Assembly (NCBI GenBank): GCA_964486045.1
Contig: CAZALK010000008.1
Span: 32,001-96,000 of the forward strand
DNA from: an uncultured archaeon
Lineage (GTDB): Archaea > Asgardarchaeota > Lokiarchaeia > Sigyniarchaeales > SOKP01
DNA: 64,000 bases
Reading direction: 5' to 3'
In this document: positions 21,583-28,607 of the stretch, piece after piece
How positions within the stretch are numbered: the first letter of the stretch is position 1
How the letters are laid out: each line of letters begins with the position of its first letter
Made by a program: the position numbers and the translations under genes
The notes under the pieces: model-generated
What the model saw: only the letters and a program-made list of their open reading frames with translations
Database searches by the model: none
Told to the model about the DNA's origin: nothing

Positions 21583-22107
21583 TTAGTCTTTTCTTTTATT
21601 TTTTAGCACACTTTTTTCTGCTTCTTCTAAAGAATAAAAAAGATCTCGACCATTGTCATACTTCTCAACGTAGCAGAACCTTAGAAAAAATAAACTTTCA
21701 GGGAAATATTGAATGACTTGTATTTTTTTTATTAAAAGTGAAGGATTTTCATCAATTTTCCCCTGTATTGTTGAAACTACTTCAGGTTGTAGTTTTCTGA
21801 ATTCACTTACAAAAGATAAAAACTTATTTAATGGATCTTGATTTCTATCAACGTTCTCCGTGATAGCATGAGCCCATCCGTATGATAAATTCCAATTAAA
21901 TTTCATTTTAAGCCATTCACCAAAATGTTTGAAAAGAGGAACTCTTACCTCAACGATCGAATGTAATTCTAAACATGAATCATAACCAGCCAAAAACATT
22001 GATAATGATCTGATTGATTTGTCTGGAATGAACATACTTGTACGTTCTTTAATTCTGTCAATCAGATCAAAAATATTTTTCCTTTCAAAATAATTTTTCA
22101 TAGTCAA
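21583..22107 (-). CDS. Hypothetical protein
   Basis: 174-aa ORF just downstream of the polB fragment, same strand. Confidence 0.6.
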   Translation of the reverse strand: MTMKNYFERKNIFDLIDRIKERTSMFIPDKSIRSLSMFLAGYDSCLELHSIVEVRVPLFKHFGEWLKMKFNWNLSYGWAHAITENVDRNQDPLNKFLSFVSEFRKLQPEVVSTIQGKIDENPSLLIKKIQVIQYFPESLFFLRFCYVEKYDNGRDLFYSLEEAEKSVLKNKRKD

Positions 22108-22148
22108 GATCTTTCAACCAAACTCGTTTTTTTGATTTTCTGAATAGT

Positions 22149-22588
22149 TTAGAAAAAAGCATCCATCTTTTTAATACCTTTAACTTCATCAAATGTAATT
22201 CCGAGTGCATCCAACACTTGTTCTAATGCGGATGTCAAGAGCTCCTTATATTTTTTAGTATCAATATCTTGGAGTTTGGCTAATTCTAGTGCTTTTGCTC
22301 CAATAAGACCTTTACTTTTAATAAAACTAATTTTTTCACCCTTTTGAAATTCCCTTTTAGTAATTTTTTTCAATTCGAGAGCAGCTCGGACATGTTGTGG
22401 TATAACCTTAGTATCATTTTTAAGAGCCTTTTTAAGACTCATATTTATCGCGTAATCATTCAAGTTAAAGTATTAGATTTTCGAATTTTTTTGATATTAT
22501 CTCTTACGATTCCAATTATTTCATCTTTAACATTAGTAAATTCTTCAATTTTTGTGATATTTTTTAACATTTCAATTAAAATTGAAAA
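22149..22588 (-). pseudogene. Displaced, frameshifted 3' fragment of family B DNA polymerase gene
   Basis: FSILIEMLKNITKIEEF...KKIRKSNT, 1-nt deletion near 22468, then NLNDYAIN...IPQHVRAA...ALEQVLDALGITFDEVKGIKKMDAFF; aligns to the last ~150 aa of polB (about 61/87 identical by hand in the distal part). Confidence 0.9.
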
Positions 22589-22968
22589 ATTGTGAGAAAA
22601 TTCCCCATATTTGAGATTTGGACAATTTATACAAAACGTTTTTAAATCTGTGATAAAAGATCAACCTATTTATTTTAGAGAAGATTCATAAACTTTACCT
22701 TGACAAAAATATCAAATCTTCATTTTTGTAAATTCTTTTACGTGCTAAAATAAAGTATTCGCTCTCAAACTCTCTAACACACCGTAAAAAGATAATATTT
22801 AAAATGAACAAAAAATCATTCTTAGACTGCTTCAGGGAGTGCACGATGATGGAAAAGTTGTTATGCGAAAAGTATAGAATGATAAAAATTAGAAAGGAAA
22901 TATTTAAACATCCGGATGAAAAGATGATGGGAATTAGAGAATTTTAGATTCCGCTTGACAAAAAATTT

Positions 22969-23862
22969 TCATTGATAAAAAGGAATAATTCTTGCATAGT
23001 TAATATCTAAAAAATGCAAAATCAATTTAAAATCCTTCAAATTCAGAGTATATATCTTATTCTCTGAATTAATCAATAATTCACATATAAAAAAATCTCC
23101 TAGATTAAAGCAATATCGCGTGTGAAAATCATATTTTCTCTTATTAGTATTAATATCTATCAATTTTTCTACTGTTTTATAGAATCGGTCATCTAAAATT
23201 AATTTATTTTTCTCACAAAAACCTTGGGCTTCATTAAGAATAGTACTAAATACTTTTTTATATTTCTTAGTTAATTGTTCTAATTTAAATTCTCTGGCAT
23301 TGCATATTTTCTTCGCACAGCTATTAATATATAAAAATTCATAACAAAAAGTATTTTCATTATATACGATTTCCCACTCCGATCTTGGACATGGATATGT
23401 TAGGTTATTATTCCATTTAGAGATTTCTTCTTGAAACTCTAATAAATCATTAACAATAATATTAAAAGCTGATTTTACTCTATGAATTTGCTTTTTTTCA
23501 TAATTTGGATCAGATTTCTCTACAGGAATTTTATCAATACAGTTTCTTATAATTGTAACAATAGAGGTACAGCGATTTTTTAATTGAGGGCTTCTTTTTC
23601 TCTGGATATATTGGTTAATATCAATCCAAAAATCATCAACATTAAATTGTTTCTTTTTCGAATTTAATTTTTCAAAAACTATTTCCCTTAATTTAAAAAA
23701 TGAATTTAAAATTACTGTTCCTATCTCTGATTTTAAAATCGGATTAATTAAAATGTTATTTTTAAATGTAATAAATTGATTTTTTATTCTGTCTTTCTGT
23801 GAGGACTTACCATATAAATAATACACCAAAACACTTGTATCGGGGATTATAGCAATAATTAT
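22969..23862 (-). CDS. PIN-domain nuclease with large internal insertion
   Basis: Frame upstream of the annotated TTG reads IIIAIIPDTSVLVYYL (PIN DTSVL motif); C-terminal NLGDFFI and IYTLNLKDF match PIN D..I and T.N.KDF motifs. Confidence 0.7.
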   Translation of the reverse strand: MIIAIIPDTSVLVYYLYGKSSQKDRIKNQFITFKNNILINPILKSEIGTVILNSFFKLREIVFEKLNSKKKQFNVDDFWIDINQYIQRKRSPQLKNRCTSIVTIIRNCIDKIPVEKSDPNYEKKQIHRVKSAFNIIVNDLLEFQEEISKWNNNLTYPCPRSEWEIVYNENTFCYEFLYINSCAKKICNAREFKLEQLTKKYKKVFSTILNEAQGFCEKNKLILDDRFYKTVEKLIDINTNKRKYDFHTRYCFNLGDFFICELLINSENKIYTLNLKDFKLILHFLDINYARIIPFYQ

Positions 23863-23915
23863 ACATCACTCATCTCTTTCTATTATTGCTGTTATTTGCA
23901 TTTTATATTATTCAT

Positions 23916-25130
23916 CTAAAGTTCTATTTTTTCTTTAAAATCAACGAATATATGATGATCTTCTCCTATAATTTTGATCGATTCAATATCGTCTTTTTCA
24001 GAAAATTCATCAATTTCTTCAATTAATTTAAAATCAGTAATTTTTGTTTGTATCTCTTCAATTTTTTTTGATTCAGTTGTCTTCTCTCTTCTAATAATTT
24101 GTTTCTTTTCCTCTTTTTTTATACTTCTTAACTCATTTTTAAATTCTTCATAGTCTATTTCCAGTTCTGGCAATTGATCCTTATAATCTATGAATTCAAG
24201 TGAATTTTTTAATTCATTAAAATGTAATCTTAATTTTTCAATAGAGGTTTTATTCAGAGGATAATTTAATTGCAAGGATTTTAGAAAGAATTTCAAAAAC
24301 TCCTTTTTTGAATCAAGACTAGTTAAGTGAGTTTTTTCAAAAGTAAGTACTTCCAATAATTTATATTTCAAGAATTTAAACGATTCATCTGGATCATCTA
24401 TTGAAATGTTATCTATAGTGAAGACTAAATGTTTTTTATTAATTTGACTTTTAGCTTTAATACCTTGACGAATTTCTTCCAAAATTGAATAAAAATGCTC
24501 TTTCTCTATGTTTTTTTCATTTCTACAGAATAAATTCAAAATACCATCAAGATTGCTAAATAATTTAATGATATAGCCTTCATCTAAGCTATAAATCATC
24601 TTTAATATAACTTCTTGATTAAAGAATTTATTATGCGCTATTATTTGTTCTTTAATAATGGATTTCTGGGTAAATTTAGGCTTTAAGTAATAACAAAGTT
24701 GAATAAGATCAGTCAAATGTTCATGATCATAATGTACTGATAATATTTTAATTAGTTTGATTTCCTTTTTGAGGTCAGAATTATTTATATAGTTATCTTT
24801 TAATATACTTTCAATTTCTTTCTTTCTTTCAGGATTTATTTGATATAATCTTTTAGAATCTATAGGAATAAAATTCGAGTTTTTCTCGAATACTTCTTCG
24901 TAGGAAATGAGTTGCTCAGTAATTAAGGGTGCAATATTCGTTTGAAAATTAACTGCAAATGGACCTAGATTATATGAAATGAAATCAAGATCAGATTCAC
25001 CCTTAAGTTCAAATATTTCCTCTAATAAGAACATTAATTTCATTGCTCTTGTTATTAAGGTAGTGTGTACTTTCGAATAATACAATATCAATAAAATCTT
25101 TTCATTAAAATCTAGATTACTTAAGCTCAT
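23916..25130 (-). CDS. Panacea/SocA(DUF4065)/YwgA-like antitoxin domain + helical and acidic C-terminal extension
   Basis: KILLILY...TRAMKLMFLL...FISYNLGPF signature; 14-nt overlap with the upstream gene. Confidence 0.65.
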   Translation of the reverse strand: MSLSNLDFNEKILLILYYSKVHTTLITRAMKLMFLLEEIFELKGESDLDFISYNLGPFAVNFQTNIAPLITEQLISYEEVFEKNSNFIPIDSKRLYQINPERKKEIESILKDNYINNSDLKKEIKLIKILSVHYDHEHLTDLIQLCYYLKPKFTQKSIIKEQIIAHNKFFNQEVILKMIYSLDEGYIIKLFSNLDGILNLFCRNEKNIEKEHFYSILEEIRQGIKAKSQINKKHLVFTIDNISIDDPDESFKFLKYKLLEVLTFEKTHLTSLDSKKEFLKFFLKSLQLNYPLNKTSIEKLRLHFNELKNSLEFIDYKDQLPELEIDYEEFKNELRSIKKEEKKQIIRREKTTESKKIEEIQTKITDFKLIEEIDEFSEKDDIESIKIIGEDHHIFVDFKEKIEL

Positions 25131-26454
25131 TTTCTATTTCCTCCTTTTTCTTTTTTAATAACTCCCAATTATTCATTTTTAAATTTGTACTAAATATTTC
25201 TTTTATAAATTCTTCTAAATCACAATGCAATTGGCGATCTACATTATAAAAATTATGGTTCATCAAAATAATATTTTGTTTGGTCTTCAATTTTTCCTTT
25301 AGAGTCTTTACTGCTTTTCCCCTGAACTTATTATAAGCATTTACATCAACTGGATTTTGGAAATATATATCAAATGCTCTCTGTAATGATTTAATTCTAA
25401 AATCATAACAACTTGAACATTTACAATTATAGTCTAAACTAGGTTTACGCAATAAATCCTCTGAAAACCCTCGATCATTATAAAATTTACCATTTCTTTG
25501 AAAATAAAATCTTCTGGTTCGAGGAACCATAGCAGGAATATTTACATTAAGACCAGGATACCCACTAATTCTTATAATTTTTTTAATATTAGGATTTATT
25601 TTATCAATAAGTCGTGAGCTACAAACACCAATATAAAACACGAATAATTTAGCAAATACTGAATTGAACTTTTCGATTATATCATAAAACTCCTTCATTT
25701 CCTTTTTACTGGCACTAATCTCATTGAAATCTACAATCCATAATCCTATTTTATTAAAGAACTCATATTTCTTTATTATTTCAGTAATATCATAATGATG
25801 TTTCATATAATCTTTTAGATTTAATACAATCATGGGAATATGGTTATTTAAATTATATGTCTTGACATATTTAAGAGATAGATTATATAATTCCTCAATA
25901 GCTTTTTCATTAATACTATTTAATTTTTTAAAAAAAGAACCTTTCTTAGAAATTTTTATTGGAATTGCTGGTAAAAAAGGAATAGTAAAGCAAGAAACTT
26001 TGAAATTATCATGACTCTTAAATAATTTCTTTTCAATTAAAGTCCTCGGTCTATTTTTGTATTTCTCAACAAAATCAATAATCTGAATTGACTCTGATAT
26101 TTCTTTTTTAAAATATTTTTCTAAATTAGCACCTTGAAAATCAGAAACAAATAAACTATAATCTTTTAGAAGTTTTTCTTTTGTTTCATCGTTTAGAGAA
26201 GGAGTTTGAGGATCTATCAGATAGGGGCGAACATTATAATAATTCTTATATAAAATAACCTCCTTATTAAGACTTTCAATTGATTTTATAAAAGATTCAT
26301 CAATTTGCTTCTGTTTGGTTTTTTTGTCCTCTTTGAAGAAATGTCTTTTAGGAACTAGAAATCCCTTGCATAGAGAATGCTTTAAATAGAGATTTAATCT
26401 TTCAATTTCCGTCTTAAATTGAAGTTTATAATATATATTTGACAATTTAATCAT
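25117..26454 (-). CDS. Putative TIM-barrel protein with TGT-like zinc site
   Basis: YLIDPQT, GLWIVDF, RRFY, CKCSSC and distal HN, resembling the CxCxxC...H zinc site of tRNA-guanine transglycosylase-fold proteins; 8-nt overlap with the upstream gene. Confidence 0.5.
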   Translation of the reverse strand: MIKLSNIYYKLQFKTEIERLNLYLKHSLCKGFLVPKRHFFKEDKKTKQKQIDESFIKSIESLNKEVILYKNYYNVRPYLIDPQTPSLNDETKEKLLKDYSLFVSDFQGANLEKYFKKEISESIQIIDFVEKYKNRPRTLIEKKLFKSHDNFKVSCFTIPFLPAIPIKISKKGSFFKKLNSINEKAIEELYNLSLKYVKTYNLNNHIPMIVLNLKDYMKHHYDITEIIKKYEFFNKIGLWIVDFNEISASKKEMKEFYDIIEKFNSVFAKLFVFYIGVCSSRLIDKINPNIKKIIRISGYPGLNVNIPAMVPRTRRFYFQRNGKFYNDRGFSEDLLRKPSLDYNCKCSSCYDFRIKSLQRAFDIYFQNPVDVNAYNKFRGKAVKTLKEKLKTKQNIILMNHNFYNVDRQLHCDLEEFIKEIFSTNLKMNNWELLKKKKEEIENELK

Positions 26455-26890
26455 TTATTTGTTCTTTTAAGATATATCTTATCTTCTGATAATTCGCTTG
26501 GATAAGATATTTACTTTTTTTCGGCTTTAATTCAATGATATTTTTATCTTTTGATACAATTATTAATCCTATCCCTTCGTTAATTAACATATCTCTATCA
26601 ACTTTATCTTCATAATCTTTCCAAATAGCTAATGAATTATAAGGAATTAGAACCCGATTTCCTAAAGTTTGTCCAAATCCTTTTTTCCAATTAAATACTT
26701 TAAATTCTAATGCGTGGGCAGTTCCAAACCGATTATTATACTTTCTTAGTTGAACAAGATCGATTCTTTTTTGATTATTTTTAACTTCCTTAAAGATTAG
26801 GGTTTTGTCGCCTTCTATCAATTTTAAATTCCCGATATAGGTATTCACCATTTCAAATTCTGAAATAATTTGTTGATTTTTGACCAGCAT
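26447..26890 (-). CDS. Small PD-(D/E)XK nuclease-like protein
   Basis: SEFEM helix, KEV, RIDLV, ALEFK..WKKGFGQ, GIGLI. Confidence 0.65.
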   Translation of the reverse strand: MLVKNQQIISEFEMVNTYIGNLKLIEGDKTLIFKEVKNNQKRIDLVQLRKYNNRFGTAHALEFKVFNWKKGFGQTLGNRVLIPYNSLAIWKDYEDKVDRDMLINEGIGLIIVSKDKNIIELKPKKSKYLIQANYQKIRYILKEQIND

Positions 26891-27069
26891 TAATTAATTA
26901 TATTCTATTCAAACTTAAATAATTTCTATTTTAATTAATAGGAGTAAGGAAGATTTATGGTTTCAATTTAATTAAGTGAAAAAGATTTAGTGTCAAGTCA
27001 TTTAAATAGCAGTTAATTAGTTTTTTAATTACTAATAAAATCAAAGTTGAGTTATGAATAATAAAAAAA

Positions 27070-28557
27070 ATGAGGGAAGAAAGGGAAATTAAACGAAACC
27101 ATATCAATACTTCATGTAGTAAAAATGAGTTAACAAAAAACACAGGAAAGGGTAATTATGGGACAATGGATAATTTTTTTGAAGATATTAAATCAGGTTC
27201 TATAGAGGTTGAAAGAGAATATTTTACCAGTAAATCAGGTCTTCCTTATGATGAGGAAATAGTAGTAAAAGATCCAAATGGGATTGTTTGTAAGGTTAAA
27301 ATTGGAAGTATAGAGAATTCATGGAAAAACTTAAAAGTTTTATCAATCAACAAATTTAATTCACCGAAATTTGGTTCACCGAAATTTGTACCGATTATAA
27401 ATTTTTTAAAAAGTGTAACTTCATTTTTATTAAAAATTCGGTTATCAGATGGGAGACAAATTGTCTGTAGTCAGAATCACATTTTTCCTAAAATTGTAAT
27501 TTCTATCAATTTTAAATCATATAATTCTCCAGAAAGCTTCTTTTCAATTAAATATGTGAATGCTAAAGAACTAAAGGAGCGAGATAATTTGTTAGTCTTT
27601 CACAAGATTCCATTGACTTCAAACGTTCCAAAATATATTTTTATTCCTAAACTTCTTAATTGGGAGCATAAATGGATTGGAATAAAAAGAAGTGATTATG
27701 TAAAATTTTCCTATAGAACGAATCAAAGAACTAATAATCCTTTAATACAATTAATAAATTCAAAATTTCAATATTCCAAGGTGGGAAAAAAATATAGAAC
27801 ACTTTGGTCAAATTTATCAAATTCGGAAAAACTTTTTCTTGAAATGGAAGCGAAAAGAAATCACGTTGAAATCTTGATAAAGATCCATGAAAATGTTGGA
27901 TTTTGGTATTCATCAATAGTTCCATTAACAGATGATTTTTTTAGATATTTAGGTTGGTATGTTGCTGAGGGGTCTACAGACAAGAATAGAGTGACTATTT
28001 CTCAATCAAAAGAAAAAAATTATAATAATTGGATTGAAATTATTGATCTCCTTAAGCGATTAGGGTTCCCTGTAAGCATTTGCGCGCAAAATATGATCAG
28101 AATAAATTCAAATGTCTTAACTGAGCTAACAATTGAATTATGCTTAAAATTGGCTCAAAACAAGAAAATTCCTTTAGAATTAATTATGAATAATAGTAGG
28201 ATAAAGTCATTTTTAGAAACATATTATAAAGGAGATGGTTGTCAATTAAGAGGGGAATTAAAGAAATATACAACCACAAGTCAGCAATTAAAAAATGATT
28301 TAGTAAGCATTCTTGGAGCGACAGGACATTTTTGTTCTATTTGGTATCCAAGTTCTTCAGATAATTGTTATCGTATAACCGAAACTGATGGAAAACATTA
28401 TAAAAGAAAATACTTAGGTCTTCTTAAATTCAACAGTACAACTCCCATAAGGATTAAGTCCATAAGAAAAGTTAAAAAAAATTATGATATATTTAATTTA
28501 AAGACTGAAAATGGTTGGTTTGTCTCAACAAACGGAATTTTAGTCCAGGATTCTTAA
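27070..28557 (+). CDS. Stand-alone intein-like protein (Hint + LAGLIDADG/DOD homing endonuclease) with degenerate splicing residues
   Basis: Block A SGLPYDEEIVV (from 27235), block B IVCSQNHIF, LAGLIDADG motifs YLGWYVAEGS and FLETYYKGDG, blocks F/G IFNLKTENGWFVSTNGILVQDS then stop. Confidence 0.85.
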   Translation: MREEREIKRNHINTSCSKNELTKNTGKGNYGTMDNFFEDIKSGSIEVEREYFTSKSGLPYDEEIVVKDPNGIVCKVKIGSIENSWKNLKVLSINKFNSPKFGSPKFVPIINFLKSVTSFLLKIRLSDGRQIVCSQNHIFPKIVISINFKSYNSPESFFSIKYVNAKELKERDNLLVFHKIPLTSNVPKYIFIPKLLNWEHKWIGIKRSDYVKFSYRTNQRTNNPLIQLINSKFQYSKVGKKYRTLWSNLSNSEKLFLEMEAKRNHVEILIKIHENVGFWYSSIVPLTDDFFRYLGWYVAEGSTDKNRVTISQSKEKNYNNWIEIIDLLKRLGFPVSICAQNMIRINSNVLTELTIELCLKLAQNKKIPLELIMNNSRIKSFLETYYKGDGCQLRGELKKYTTTSQQLKNDLVSILGATGHFCSIWYPSSSDNCYRITETDGKHYKRKYLGLLKFNSTTPIRIKSIRKVKKNYDIFNLKTENGWFVSTNGILVQDS

Positions 28558-28607
28558 TAAATTCAAAATTAAATCTTTTCTTATTTTCAATCATTATATG
28601 TGATTTT

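Larger units (their letters stand above)
22589..28607. mobile_element. Integrase-less island between polB and a duplicate of its 3' end
   Basis: Flanked by two versions of the polB 3' end; carries nuclease/TA-like genes and an intein-type homing endonuclease. Confidence 0.65.

Noticed and set aside
22804-22947. 47-codon plus-strand ORF inside the island
   Set aside because: No RBS or recognisable motif; probably remnant or chance
25117-26454. Canonical tgt/arcTGT or dpdA call
   Set aside because: No DSGG motif or other clear TGT signatures and no pathway genes nearby; only the zinc-site pattern matches
27070-28557. Functional cis-splicing intein in a host gene, or half of a split polB
   Set aside because: No C-extein, terminal HN replaced by QD, opposite strand to polB, and polB is complete
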